Source of the DNA: Eledone cirrhosa
Lineage: Eukaryota
Assembly (NCBI GenBank): GCA_964016885.1
Contig: OZ024743.1
Span: 94,116,001-94,180,000 of the forward strand
DNA: 64,000 nucleotides
Reading direction: 5' to 3'
The stretch's first letter is position 1; each line of letters opens with the position of its first letter. The notes beneath the pieces are model-generated. The model was not told where the DNA came from. It made no database searches and was given only the letters and a program-made list of their open reading frames with translations. Both the position numbers and the translations under genes were made by a program. This document shows, one piece after another, positions 16,922 to 30,514 of this stretch.

Positions 16922-18193
16922 TTGGGAGTTGTACTTAATCCGAGACTGTGTTGAAACAAACAATTACAATATGAAATAGTCATTTTAACTACAGTTGTAC
17001 TTGTCTGGCAAGTGACTGGAGCTGAGACTATGTTGAAACAGTTACAGTATGAAAGAGTCATTTTAGCTACAGTTGTACTTGTCTGGCAAGTGACTTGAGC
17101 TGAGACTGTGTTGAAACAGTAACAGTTACAGTATGAAAGAGTCATTTTAGCTACAGTTGTACTTGTCTGGCAAGTGACTTGAGCTGAGACTGTGTTGAAA
17201 CAGTTACAGTTACAGTATGAAAGAGTCATTTTAGCTACAGTTGTACTTGTCTGGCAAGTGACTTGAGCTGAGACTATGTTGAAACAGTAGCAGTTACAGT
17301 ATGAAAGAGTCATTTTAGCTACAGTTGTACTTGTCTGGCAAGTGACTGGAGCTGAGACTGTGTTGAAACAGTAGCAGTTACAGTATGAAAGAGTCATTTT
17401 AGCTACAGTTGTACTTGTCTGGCAAGTGACTGGAGCTGAGACTGTGTTGAAACAGTAGCAGTTACAGTATGAAAGAGTCATTTTAGCTACAGTTGTACTT
17501 GTCTGGCAAGTGACTTGAGCTGAGACTGTGTTGAAACAGTTACAGTTACAGTATGAAAGAGTCATTTTAGCTACATTTGTACTTGTCTGGCAAGTGACTT
17601 GAGCTGAGACTGTGTTGAAACAGTAACAGTTACAGTATGAAAGAGTCATTTTAGCTACAGTTGTACTTGTCTGGCAAGTGACTTGAGTTGAGACTGTGTT
17701 GAAACAGTAACAGTTACAGTATGAAAGAGTCATTTTAGCTACAGTTGTACTTGTCTGGCAAGTGACTTGAGCTGAGACTATGTTGAAACAGTAGCAGTTA
17801 CAGTATGAAAGAGTCATTTTAGCTACAGTTGTACTTGTCTGGCAAGTGACTTGAGCTGAGACTGTGTTGAAACAGTAACAGTTACAGTATGAAAGAGTCA
17901 TTTTAGCTACAGTTGTACTTGTCTGGCAAGTGACTTGAGCTGAGACTGTGTTGAAACAGTAACAGTTACAGTATGAAAGAGTCATTTTAGCTACAGTTGT
18001 ACATGTGTGGCAAGTGACTTGAGCTGAGACTGTGTTGAAACAGTAACAGTTACAGTATGAAAGAGTCATTTTAGCTACAGTTGTACTTGTCTGGCAAGTG
18101 ACTTGAGCTGAGACTGTGTTGTTACAGTTACAGTATGAAAGAGTCATTTTAGCTACAGTTGTACATGTCTGGCAAGTGACTTGAGCTGAGACT
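16922..18193. repeat. 84-bp minisatellite, ~15 units; minus-strand frame open (411 aa, 28-aa repeat)
   Basis: Unit ACAGTTGTACTTGTCTGGCAAGTGACTTGAGCTGAGACTGTGTTGAAACAGTAACAGTTACAGTATGAAAGAGTCATTTTAGCT, with two 78-bp variants. Confidence 0.97.
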
Positions 18194-18264
18194 AAGTGAT
18201 TAAACTAAAACAATTACTTCACGGAAGTCATTTTAGCCAATCAAAAACACATCATTATTTCTTG

Positions 18265-18449
18265 GTGGATTGGCAGTATCGGTAGAGAGCCGGACACCAT
18301 GCTTTGAAGCATAGAGTTACGTCCCTTTATGATCAGAGTTCAAATCCCGTTGAGGTTAACTTTGCCTTTCATCCTTACGGAGTCGATAAAATAAAGTACC
18401 AGTAATGTACTTGGTAATTGCTGGCCTTGTGCCATAAGTAGAAACAATT
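18265..18449 (+). mobile_element. tRNA-derived SINE (Meta/MESC-like domain)
   Basis: A-box-like TGGCAGTATCGG, B-box GTTCAAATCCC, then ACTTTGCCTTTCATCCTTACGGAGTCGATAAAATAAAGTACCAG; near-identical copies at 20812 and 23595. Confidence 0.8.
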
Positions 18450-19173
18450 ATTTCTTGGTGTCGCAAGATCCACTGCAACACTGAGTTGACTTGCCTTTTA
18501 AGGCTAATAAAAAAGTACCAGTCTAGTACTGGAGTTGATTCTTCCTCTATATATCTTTCTCTGGAAGAAATCTGCTGTATTCAGACATGGAGAGATGGGC
18601 TCTGCCAGGTTTAAAAATTGCTCTAGAAACACTGTATGTCAATATGGCGCCCCTATGACTCCCTAGGGAGTTATGGGCAAGGAAGAAGGAAAGTGAAGTT
18701 AACAGTTTGTTTTTTTGTTTTTGAATGGCTAAAATGTCTCTCCCATGACATAATTGTTTTATGTTCTTCATTTTCCTACATTGTTCACTAGTTGCTGACA
18801 CTTTACATAGGCAAGTTTATATATGTAGCAACACTCATGTAACCAAAGGAAGTTTTGGCTGTTCACCCTGTTTCATTAGTCTATTAGATCAATCAGAGAA
18901 CAGTATCTCCTAGCTAGGCACTAGCTATATTTAGCAAAACGAAGAGCTCTAGCCTTCTATTCTTGGCAGAAAACAGCCGCAGCAGATTAATCTTCCTTCA
19001 AACAGAACTTAAACTGAGTGAAAACAGTCATTCTACTCTCGCTCATCTAGTTTTAATACAAGACAGGTTTTAGTTAAACAAAACACAAAAATACTGTCTT
19101 TTACCTCAGGGTGATGTGAGTATCCAGTTTAGAATCGGTACACCTTGTCCTGTGTGCAGGCTTATAATATATA

Positions 19174-19500
19174 TCATCATCATCCCTGTTTAATGTCTGT
19201 TTTTCTATGCTAGCATGGGTTAGACGAGTTGCCCCATTTGAGGCAAGTTAGGTGAGGTAACCATGTCATGCCCATACAGAACTGTTTCTGGCTTGGTTTC
19301 TATGGCTGGATGCCCTTCCTAACGCCAATCACATTTACAGTGTGGACTGGGTGCTTTTTATCATGGCACATAAACGACTACTTTACAGTGTGGGATGGGT
19401 GCTTTTTATCATGATACCAATATGACTACTTCACAGTGTAGACTGGGCGCTTTTTGTCATGGCACCAAAACAACCACTTTACAATCTAGATTAGGAGCTT
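19174..19500 (-). mobile_element. Cephalopod-type SINE with RTE-like (GAT)n tail
   Basis: Reverse complement of GGCGTTAGGAAGGGCATCCAGCC...AACCCATGCTAGCATAGAAAA..GACATTAAAC..GATGATG; family shared with 25838 and 32388. Confidence 0.7.
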
Positions 19501-19501
19501 A

Positions 19502-19553
<52 letters not shown>

Positions 19554-19989
19554 CATCGTCATTTTATGTCTGCTTTTCCATGCTTGCATGGGTTGGACAG
19601 GACATCTCTCAGTTCATCCAACCTTGTAGTTCATGCACATTAACATTGTATATCCATCAAAGTGTGCTATCTTTATTTCTCTCCAGCTTTTGTATATCCT
19701 CTGCTGTCACTGCCCATGTTTCACTGCCATGCAGCATTTCACATCACACACAGGCATCATACAGCCAACCTTTCATTTGTAGGGAGAAAACTTCTGTTGT
19801 CAACAGGGGTAGTGGCTCTCTAAACTTCTTCTATCCCATTCTTATTCTAGCTACTATGCTCCTGGAGCACCCACCGTCACTGCTATGTATATATGCGGAA
19901 AGTCAACAAGGAAAAAACAATGCAGGAGAACAATAGAGCACAATGATGTATTAGTTTATTGTTTGATATTGTATATAACATACAAACTA

Positions 19990-20403
19990 AAACTCTTGCG
20001 TGTGTTGGTCCTATCCAGCTTTCTATACGCATGCGAGTCATGGACCCTGACCACTGAATTGCAAAGAAAGATTTAAACAAAGGAGATGAGATGCTATAGA
20101 AGAATCCTGGAAATCTCCTACACAGAACATATCACAAACGAGGAGATCTGCAAAAGAATCACCCAGCATGTGAGCTACTATGAAGATCTGCTGACCACAG
20201 TGATGAGGATGAAGCTGATGTGGTATGGTCATGTAACAAGATCGGACAGATTATCTAAGACAATTCTCCAAGGAACAGTGTAGGGAAAGTATTTTTCCAC
20301 AACCCAAGCATTCGCCCATGACTGCCAGAGATGGAGGCAGTTGGTGCAGCGTTCAGCACTTAAGTGTCCCAACGACCCCCAAAAGAGTTAAGGGACCATG
20401 ATG
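19990..20403 (+). mobile_element. RTE-clade LINE 3' fragment (degenerate)
   Basis: Translates to LVLSSFLYACESWTL...EMRCYRRILEISYTEHITNEEI...WYGHVTRSDRLSKTILQGTV, the typical RTE post-RT region, with stops. Confidence 0.85.
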
Positions 20404-20811
20404 AAGTTGATAGTATAAAACGCTTATATAACGTATGTAATGGTTTTCCAAAGAGGAAAGAAGAGAAAGTTAAATAAGGTACACAATACATTTAGTAGAG
20501 AGAGTACATAATTTATTTAGGACGAAAATGACTTCTACAGGATTGTTTTATTTGGTTGAAATCAACAGGAAAGATCTGATAATGTTAACTGAATGAAACA
20601 GTGCTAGCCCCGTTGTGTGTGAATGTGTGCATATGTATATATATATAGTTATATCTTTAATGAATCCAAGAATCTGATGAGCTATTGATTCTAGAGTCGG
20701 GCCCAATCGATAAAGATCAAACCTTGAGCTGATCAATAGCGAAATGCGTGTCACACCTGAATAAACTTAATGATAATACTCTGATATCTTGTTTCTACTT
20801 ATTATTATTAA

Positions 20812-20996
20812 GGTGGATTGGCAGTATCGGTAGAGGGTCGGACACCATGCTTTGACGCATAGTTTCGGCCCTTGCCATTCTGAGTTCAAATCCCTCCGAG
20901 GTTAACTTTGCTTTTCATCCTTACAGGGTCGATAAAATAAAGTACCAGTAATGTACTGGGTAATTGCTGGACTTGTGCCAAAAGTAGAAACAATTA
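20812..20996 (+). mobile_element. tRNA-derived SINE (Meta/MESC-like domain)
   Basis: Near-identical to 18265-18449. Confidence 0.8.
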
Positions 20997-21051
20997 TATA
21001 TATATAGTAGTAATAGATAGGAGTGTGTGTGTATATATATATACAGTATAT

Positions 21052-21380
21052 ATGTCTGCTTTTCATGTTGACATGGACAGATTATCAGTTTGAGAACCTC
21101 ATCTTGCTTATATATTCCATATTTGGCATGGTTTCTGCAGCTGGATGCCATTCCTAACGACAACCACTTTACAGAGTGTACAGGGTGTTTTTTTTTTTAT
21201 CATGGAACTAGCACTACTACCTTATAGTGTACAAGGCACATTTTATCATGGCATTAGCACTACCACTTTACTGAGTGTATTTTATCAAGACACAAGCACT
21301 ACCACTTTACAGAGTGTGCTAGGTGTATTTTATAATGGCATTAACACTATCACTTTACAGTGTACAAGGCACATTTTATG
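21052..21380 (-). mobile_element. Cephalopod-type SINE, degenerate, with internal ~36-bp repeats
   Basis: gctggatgccattcctaacgacaaccactttacagagtg followed by repeated tttatcatggcac..cactaccactttac units. Confidence 0.6.
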
Positions 21381-22045
21381 GTGACACTAACATTAGAGTA
21401 TATGTTGGCCAGACAGTTGACTCCTCTCTATTCTATATTGCCTCTGTTCAAGTGTCAGTATGTATGCGTGTTTGTGTGTATCGAACGGTCATTTAAAAAA
21501 AAATTATTTTACTGGTTTCAATCATTAGACGGACGGTGGTCATGCTGGGGCACCACTTTGATCGAATTCAGTCAATTATATCGACCGTAGTACTTTTTTT
21601 TTACAAGTCTGGAATTTATTTTATCGATCTCAATTTTTAAGACGAATACAGAGGCTAACCCAAAAGTAAATACAGACACGGACACACACACATACATACA
21701 CACACACACACACACACACGTGTGCGTGTGTGTGTTTAAAAAATTATGGACAAATAACACTGAGCTGTCGTTATAAATATAACAAAAAGATCAGTTATCG
21801 AAAGATTCTATAATTTCCAAACAGACAGCAGGATATAGTAGATTTAACAGCAGAAGGCAATAGTGGTGATTGAGAGAAGTAGTGTGTTCTATGTATTAAA
21901 CATGAGAGAATGACAGTGTTAGCAATTAAATGTTTTATAAACTAGCCACGATGTACACACCATTTATATAATGCGTCATGACAAAAATGCAATTATACGT
22001 ACACATATACTGTATATATGTGTGTGTGTGTGTGTATATATATAT

Positions 22046-22080
<35 letters not shown>

Positions 22081-22518
22081 CTTGTGTGTGGGTGTGCGTA
22101 TAATCATAGGGATTCTTTGCCTTGCGGTTAAGCTTATACCGTTTCGATAGCAGGCAGATAGATACATAGATGTATGTATGGGTGTGTATATATATATATA
22201 AAGTTGTTCTCTCCACATAGCTGTATACATATAGGTATGTGTTTATGAATAAACATACCGTGATAGACACACACATATATATATATATATATAAATAAAT
22301 ATTTGTTTGTATATAAATCTACTTACCCTGGTTAGAGAAGCTCATTGTGCCAATAGTGGTTAGTGTTGTTAATAATGCTTTCTTTATTAACCACAAGGGT
22401 TGTTAATAATAATTGTCTTGTTCACATCGAAAGGAACTAATTAAAGAGACCAGACGCCACATGACATCTTCTGTAATGGGAGGTAAGGAAATAACATCAA
22501 CAAAACTATTCCAAATGG

Positions 22519-22880
22519 TTAAACCGAACATGCTCACTGCTAATCTATTATTCTCGGAATTAGCACATTATAACCGAACACTTCATATTTCTAATCCGTT
22601 ATTCTCGGAATTCGCACACTAAAACCGAACACTCTCTTTATTAATAGTTCGAGCGTTACTTTCTCTCTTTAAAACTATAGCTTAGATTTAAATGTTCAAA
22701 ATAGTTTCCATATTTAACTTATACAAGACTCACTATTAAGCTTTGATAAAATAAAACATTTATTCTCGAAATAAGTGCATTCCAACTGAATACTTCATAT
22801 TACTAATCCACTATTCTCGAAATTAACATACTAAAACCGAACACTCTATTATTACTAATCCGTTTATCTCAGAATTAGTG
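22519..22880. repeat. Degenerate ~47-bp tandem repeat
   Basis: Recurring aaccgaacact..tattactaatccgttattctcggaattagcacactaa motif at ~22522, 22572, 22623, 22780 and 22835. Confidence 0.65.
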
Positions 22881-23594
22881 CATTTCAATTTTAAAAATAG
22901 TCAGCTGACGATTTATTTTAAAAACTTAGTCATTTCTCTTGTCAATTTACAGGGAAAAGTTGCTGTCGATCGAATATTCAGTCACACGACTGTGACTATG
23001 CTGGAGTGTCCTAGTCCATTATATCAACCTCACTACTTATTTGTTTCAAGTCTGTTACTTCACTTCGTTTTGTCATATGACATATTTACAATAGTTAGAG
23101 ACAGGTCGAGACCAGCGAGCCAGACCAACGCATCATTTGCAGCATTATGGATTGCCCCCAGGAAAACGCATGAGGAGGCAATCCTGAACAACATGTAGTA
23201 CTGTCTGGTCGGGGTCCCCACAGTTACATGCTAAGCTGTCTTTCATTTTCCATCGATGGAGATGACCGGCTGTCCTGGCATGTGTTGTGCAGATCCGATT
23301 AAGGGACACCAATTGCTTTCTGGAGTCTGTTATTTATTTTATCAATCTCTCTTTATTTTTGTCAAGCCACCAAGTTACAGGACATGAGCAAACAGTAAAT
23401 ATAAACACAGACACACGCACATGATAGGCAGTGGATGCAAACCCATGGTCAACCATAACCGAGCAGGGCGAGGGCTCAAATCAGAGATGTATCATTTGGT
23501 GAATTAATTCCTTTACTCCTTTGCGAGTGACCAGTCAACTTTTGCCTGAGTTTAGTTAGACTTGCAGCTGTTATCTTGAGAATGGTACCTGAGC

Positions 23595-23762
23595 TATAGG
23601 GTCGGACGCCATGCTTTCCAGCACAGTTACGTCCCTTTACCATCTGAGTTCAAATCCCGCCGAGGTTGACTTTGCCTTTCATCCTTACGGGGTCGATAAA
23701 GTAAAGTACCAGTAATGCACTGGGTAATTGCTGGCCTTGTGCCTAAAGTAGAAACAATTATT
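23595..23762 (+). mobile_element. tRNA-derived SINE (Meta/MESC-like domain), 5' trimmed
   Basis: GTTCAAATCCCGCCGAGGTTGACTTTGCCTTTCATCCTTACGGGGTCGATAAA..GTACCAGT. Confidence 0.8.
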
Positions 23763-23929
23763 GGTAATAAACAATTGTATAACATTACAAATTGTTTATA
23801 ATCCTTACAATGCTTATTTCTCCACCACTTGCTGCGTTTCTTCATCATCTCTTCTTTATGGTGTTGGTGGGAGTGATATGGTGGAGTAGGGGTGTATATT
23901 TGGTATACTGACTGTAGGTTAACCTTGTG

Positions 23930-24548
23930 TACGCAGGGAAGGTGGGTCTTCTGTATTACTGCGTAGCGCCAAAGATCTCAATCCAGTGACATTGTCTTAG
24001 AGAGGTGTAATTGTGGAAGTTCGGATTTTATCATGTCATCCCAGGTTTTTCTGGGTCTACCTACTCTGTAACTTCCATCAATTTTGATCGCCCTGCACTT
24101 TTTTTATACAGCTGTCGTCTTTCATGCGCATCTCATGACCATACCAACATAATCTTTTCTCAAGAAAACAGCATCTGATCCCTTTTATTCCTAATTTCTC
24201 ACTTAGTTTCTTTATATTACTATTACACATCCAACGGAGCATGCATGCTTCATTCCTTTCCAATCTGTGCAGGTCCTCTGCACACAATGCCCATGTCTCA
24301 CTGCCATGTAACATTGCTGTTCATATACAAGCATCATACAATCTACCTTTCATTTTTAGAGAGAAACCTTTTGTGGAAACAGCGGTATTAGCTTTCTGAA
24401 CCTTTTCCATCCCGTTCTGACTCTGGCTACTGTACTTTCAGAGCACCCTCCACCACTGCTGATTTTCTCACTCAGGTAACGGAAAGTGTCCACTATTTCT
24501 ATAGAACTATCTGGGCAGTAGGAGCTAGTATCCTGTGGGCACTTGCTA
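23930..24548 (-). mobile_element. RTE-clade LINE 3' fragment
   Basis: IEIVDTFRYL...ARVRTGWKRFRKL...MLHGSETWAL...LERNEACMLRWMC...RLCWYGH; frameshifted. Confidence 0.85.
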
Positions 24549-24577
24549 ACACACACGCACACACATATATATATATA

Positions 24578-24975
24578 CGAGGGCAATCCCAAAAGTAAGG
24601 TATCCAAAGCGATGGGGATGCAGAGAAACTGTTCGTACGGCTGTTGGCAACACTGTTGTGATTGGTGCTTCCTTCACTCCCAAACAAGCATGCGTGCGCT
24701 TCGCTGGGATGGTCAATCTTGGCTTGGCAGCCATTGAGAACGGAGCTCCCGTTGAACGCTACCGCCAAGTGCGAAGTTCGCGCAGTTATTCGGTTTTTGA
24801 ACACAAAAGGCGTTGAACCGATTGAAATTCATCGCCAATTAACGGAAGTGTATGGTCAGTCATACATGGATATCAAAAACGTTCGCAAGTGGTGTAGAGA
24901 GTTTACAGCCGGTCGTATTGAAATTCACGACGAACAAAGGAGTGGGAGACTGTCAATTTCCAACGAGACAGTTGT
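24578..24975 (+). mobile_element. Mariner (Tc1/mariner) transposon 5' fragment
   Basis: TA|CGAGGG TIR start. ORF KCEVRAVIRFL...IEIHRQLTEVYG...VRKWCREF..GRIEIHDEQRSGR is a mariner HTH domain; the catalytic domain is missing. Confidence 0.85.
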
Positions 24976-25837
24976 CATTTTTCCGTTAAAATCCTGTGGA
25001 TGGTGCTTCGGGAAACCTCAGAAACCAAAATGCAGAGAGCATCCAGAGTGATCCGCTGATCTTTACGCATGTTTTCCTCAACCTTTGCGACTGATTTAGT
25101 TCCATGTGTTAGACGGGTTTGTCCCATTTAAGGCCAGATTGGTCGGGTGACCATGTCTTGCTCATATAGAACTGTTTCTGGCTGGATTCCCTTCCTAACA
25201 CCAACTACATTTACAGTATGGACTGGGAGCCTTGTTACTGTCTCCTACACGACCACTTTACAGAGAAAGGGTGGTGTGGGCAGCAGTGGGAGGAAGGAGT
25301 AGGGGGTGTATATTGGGTTATATATGTATAAAAAATATACTTAAAATGGTTGCAGCCCATAGTAAATCCAGTACTGGTCATACTTCATTGTATTCAGTTA
25401 AATATTTTCCTGATTCAGAAGAGCACCAGTTGCTGGATATTCACCCCTGGCATGTCACCACTCTACTGACTTGAAAAGATGTTCTCAAACATCTATATTT
25501 TTACAAACTGAAATCCAAATTTCTTGATGTGTTTTATATTTCACAAATAATTATCCTATAGACAGGCAAGTCATGTACACACACACATACATATACATAG
25601 ACCAAACTATGCCAGTATTAATGGATGTTAAATGATGATATACACACACTCATAATATTTTTGATATCCATGTTTCATACTTGCATGGATTGGATGAGTC
25701 CTCTCTACTTATTTCGTCTTGCTCAGCTTAACTACATCTTCCCCTCACTTAGAACTCCTGGAATTTCTTCCTCCAATTATCATCAGCTATCTATACATAT
25801 TGTGTTCATATTATTGCAACTATTTATTCTACACATT

Positions 25838-26062
25838 ACAGTCCACGCTGTAATGTGGCCGTGTAGGTAACATGGTAAAAAGTTCTCAGTTCCACACTGT
25901 AAATGTGGTTGGTGTTAGGAAGGGCATCCAGCCGTAGAAAACCTGCCAGATAGTCCTATATGAGCGAGACACGGTCACCCGACCAGGCTTGCCTCAAGTG
26001 GGACAACTCCCGTATAACCCATGCTAGCGTGGAAAATGGACGTTAAACGATGATGATGATGA
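25838..26062 (+). mobile_element. Cephalopod-type SINE with (GAT)n tail
   Basis: GTGGTTGGTGTTAGGAAGGGCATCCAGCCGTAGAAAA...AACCCATGCTAGCGTGGAAAATGGACGTTAAACGATGATGATG; high identity to 32388-32598. Confidence 0.8.
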
Positions 26063-28965
26063 TTACATGATTATTTTTATACCCAGTTTTTCTCTCAACT
26101 CATTTCTGGTGTGCTGTTTATGAACACCATTACACACCCAATGGAGTAATCTCAATCCATATTTTTCCAGCCTTTACACATTTTCTACATTCAATTCCTA
26201 CATCTCACAACCATGCAACATCAAACTTCATACATAGGTATCAGAAAATATATCTTTCAGTTGGAGAGAGAGAGAATGTCAATGGAAGCAGTGTTGTTGT
26301 TCTGTTAGACTAGCTGCGATACAGCTACATCTCTTCAGTACTTATAATTTATGATTATTCGAGACCAGAGAGCACACTGTAAAGTTTTCCCTACTCTTGT
26401 TCTAAATATTGAACAGACATTTTCCTGATGGGAGCAAAGTCTTATTTGCTAATTCTAGGTTTTAATTATTGAGGCAGCAAAAAATAACCAAAAGAAAAGG
26501 AAAAAGAAAAGTGAAATGTTACACCAAAAGCAAGCAAAAATCTGACAAAATTGAAGAGATATTGAAAAAAAAAACTTGAGTTTTATAACAAAAATAAATA
26601 AAAATAATTATAAAAATGGTTCAAATACAAGAAAATATAGAAAATTGGAAAATTTCATATTTTCAACATCAATAAGAATTAGCATCCTTTAATATTTTAG
26701 CAGAAAATATCTAAAATCAGATTTGTTAATACATATCTTTTTAGTATCTTTACCCATGTACAGGTCATGAAAACTTGCAGCATTAGAGTAGAGACATTAA
26801 TATTTAATGTAATACAATCACAGTGCTGTTTTGTACTTTTTAACAATGTCTTGCTAATGTAGTTTCATGTGGTTCTTGATATTAAGATTTAAGGTGAAGA
26901 GAAAAATTTGGCAATTTGGAGGGTTGTCCACAAGACCAATTTTACCATATTTTTTACTGGAGATGTTAGGCATATTAGGTTCAATTTATCCATCTCTCGG
27001 TTTAACATTGGTTCCTTTAGTGGAGTCTTTTGTTGCAAGCTTTTGAGTCAGGTCTCTAGTTTGAAGATATCTCTCACCATCCCACCATTCTTGGAGGCAT
27101 CAGAAATGGCCATGGGCATTCCCATTCCCCTCACCTACAGAAGGTGAGAGAGAGGAAGAACTAACCCTAGTATTTCACTGATACTTTTTTTATTGACCTC
27201 AAAAGGATGAAAAGCAGAGTTAACCCCACCGGGATTTGAACCATGGCTGCCGAAACTTGATGTCTTTGGCAATGTTTTAATCGGAGCATATGTCGGTAAT
27301 GAGGCCAGGCAAATGATCCACACAGTTTCAGCTCAGTTGATGCTATTTTCATTAAGTGAGCAGAACATTTAGCAGGGTTTATGAAATCTGTCACCTTCAC
27401 TTTGTTTCGCTACTTTCATTCTTTTGGTGTTTTTGTCTCTTCCTGCCTTACTATTTGACTTAAACTACCAGCTATCTCACAATTCCACAATTTACAGTAG
27501 CCTTTACTTGCATTCTTTTTACTCAATTCCAACCATGATGAAAATTTCTCATCGTTCAATAATTTTGACCGAACTTTATTCTATAGAAAATGGATTTCAG
27601 TTTTTTCTGGGACTTGTCATTTTCGTCATTAGCAGAATGATATTCTATATTCCTTTTTTTCCCACTCATAAATGTTCAAAATGCTTCTCAAAACAGCAAA
27701 ACAGTTCAGATATTGAAAGATGACACCACCAAAGCACACTGCATGCCATGACACAATTTCTTAAACTGAACTGATACGGTTGTCTGCGAAGAATTTGTCT
27801 CTATCCATCTATATTTAGGTGTCCTTCCATATTGTCAGTGGAAACTATTCAAGTAAAACGTCCACTGATTGATTGTGAGCATATAGTGTGTTATTATTGG
27901 CTACCAGGATAATACAGAAGATGGTTGGCTACCTATTTCAAATAATACACAGAAGATTATTGATATCAAGTGAGATCTGAGGGGCACATTTAATGGATAG
28001 CTTCTTGATGTAAAAGTCATTATAGCTGATGAATGGTAAATCATTAAATGGTGATTTTAGAATAACAATTAAGCCAAATTCGTAAAGCAAGTACAATCTC
28101 TAAAACGTACCAAAAATTCCAAATATGGTACCAAACACAGAAAAGTCAGATTAAGGACAAATAGTACCAAATTTGTATGAATGTACCAACTTTGGCAGCG
28201 CTGATTTGAACTCAGAGTGAAGTGAGCTGGAAATATAGCAATGCATTTAATTTGACACTCCTAACAGCTCTGCCAATTTGCCACCTTTCGCCAGCAGTTG
28301 ACGAAATGTAAACAAATGAATTGACAAGTGCATAAGTAATCAGTAAACAAGTTAGGTACACGTTTTTTTGTTTTTCCTTATCATTAATACGTGTTTTGCT
28401 TGTTTATAACTTTCAAAGACCAATATTTTGGAAAGAGGCAGGGGGTCTAGATGATGTAATCCCAGTATTTGCTTGGTACCTGCATAAAATTGAGTCTCCT
28501 CAATGCTTTCATAAAATTCAAGTTTGATATCACAACCTGTGATTTCTAAGTATGAAACAAGGCCAACTGGATGAGGGCTGATTGTAGATGATATATTCAA
28601 TCTCAATACTGGCCTGCTACTTGTAGGATTTGAAACCCAAACATTAAGGGGTGTAATTAAATACCTTACAACAGAGGACCTCAACCATTTTGCATGAAAG
28701 GGCCACATTAACATTCCAAATTTAGATGAGGGCTGCACTGAACATCCTTAAGGGTTGTATGTGATCCTAGGGTCACAGGTTGTAGATCCCTGCCATAAAG
28801 CATTTAATCCAGAACTCTACCATGCTCCTTTGATTCCATAATAATATACACATTAGGTTTTGACAATATTTGTCCATGTCTTTTAGATCAAGAGCAGTGA
28901 AAGACATTTCATAAAAATTCTGGCTTATTTTTATAATCAAGTTAACAAGGTGATTGTTAATCCAG

Positions 28966-29030
28966 TTAATCCTCTTCAGAACTGCTGTTGTCTTCATCAG
29001 AATTATCTTCATTAGAATTAACTTGTTTGG
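28966..29030 (-). CDS. PRKRIP1: PRKR-interacting protein 1 homolog, exon 6 (terminal): (T)KQVNSNEDNSDEDNSSSEED*
   Basis: Acceptor ttattcttcag; phase 1 matches the exon 5 donor; acidic tail ends in TAA at 28966-28968. Confidence 0.8.
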
Positions 29031-29340
29031 CTGAAGAATAAAATTGTATTATTTTAGATTATTGCTATTACAAAAAAAAAACAACACACACACACACCTA
29101 CATTAACTCTTCCTTTATAGAAATATTTTTATTTTTATTTGGTTAAACATACAGAAAAAGAAGGCAGTATTGGAAAGGACTATAAATGCCATAAAGAGAG
29201 GAAAAGAAGGGGAAGAACAAGGACTACTAGACAAAGGAAGAAAAGGGGAAGGGGAGAGGGTGACAAACTCTACACCTAGGTCAGAGCGGTGTTTCGGCTG
29301 TGCTCAGCCGACAAATTGACAAAGGCATTTCTGTGGATAA

Positions 29341-29669
29341 AAATAAAAATGTTATAGTTGTTTTACAAAACTAGTTTATCTTGTTTAATTCAGAATTTAA
29401 TTGAAACACATAAGTATTTTAGTTAGAAATAAAAATAGTTGCAGTCCAAACCCATGCAAGCGTGGAAGATGGACGTTAAACGATGATGATAATGATGATA
29501 ATGATGTGTTGCTGGCCAGCAACACACGCTGTAACAGCCACCCCACCTCACGAGGCTCCTTCTATTTGTTCCTATTTTAATTTCTAACTAAAATACTTAT
29601 GTGTTTCAATTAAATTCTGAATTAAACAAGATAAACTAGTTTTGTAAAACAACTATAACATTTTTATTT
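29341..29669. repeat. Near-perfect inverted repeat (98-bp arms, 133-bp spacer) in PRKRIP1 intron 5
   Basis: 29341-29438 is the reverse complement of 29572-29669 with one mismatch by eye. Confidence 0.95.
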
Positions 29670-29906
29670 ATTGATATATGAACGTAATCTTTGGAACGCA
29701 ACTTAACAAAAGGTTCTTTAATATATTTATTAGATAATTTTTGTTCCAAAACTACTATAATTATGGTAAATTTCATAAAATGTAAAATTATCTAAATTTT
29801 GTTAGTATACAAAATGAATTATTAGCCAATATTCAAATGTGTATAACAATTGTAATATAGAAGAATTGCACATTATTGAACTTGAGTGTATATAAACAGG
29901 TGTACT

Positions 29907-30038
29907 TTAACCCTTTAGTTACCAATTTGACCAACACTGGCTCTGGTTCTATGAAACAAAACCACCCATTTGAAATTGTTCATTAATTAATTGAAATAGA
30001 GTGTATTTTATTAGAAATGTGGTCATGAAAGGGTTAAA
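29907..30038. mobile_element. Short piggyBac-like MITE
   Basis: TTAA|CCCTTT...AAAGGG|TTAA termini. Confidence 0.6.
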
Positions 30039-30514
30039 GGTAATATAATGGAACTTGTGTTTGAAGAAAACTACAAGATGAAATAATTTCACACATAAAG
30101 ACAGTGCCCCAGTATGGCCTCAGCCGAATGGCTGGAACAGGTAAAAGAGTATACATAAATACACACAATAATGATTCCTTAATCATGTCTGTCAATTAAC
30201 TAGTAAGTTAAAATTACAGGTAAATAAAATTAAAACATCAAAAACCAGGTAAATTTTAAATTTTAAAATATAATATAAAAAGTTAAATCCTGTTTAAACA
30301 TTTAGCTCTATATAATGTAACTTTGCAGAATGCTTAGTGGAAAGTTGTTTCAACTGACTGGCTCCTAAAGGGGTTTCTTATTTTTTTTATGTTGGCACTC
30401 TTGGCACTGTCTTTGGACTATTGATATTTTTACAATTTCATGTAGACTGTATGAATTCAGAGCAATATTCCCCCTGTAGGCTTTTGCTTTCCTTCCAACA
30501 GATTTTTATTTCTT

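Noticed and set aside
18265-18360. tRNA gene
   Set aside because: A/B-box-like motifs are present but there is no cloverleaf; it is the head of a multi-copy SINE.
27365-27445. Alternative PRKRIP1 terminal exon
   Set aside because: It lacks a convincing polypyrimidine acceptor; 29030-28966 has a proper acceptor, the correct phase and an acidic tail.
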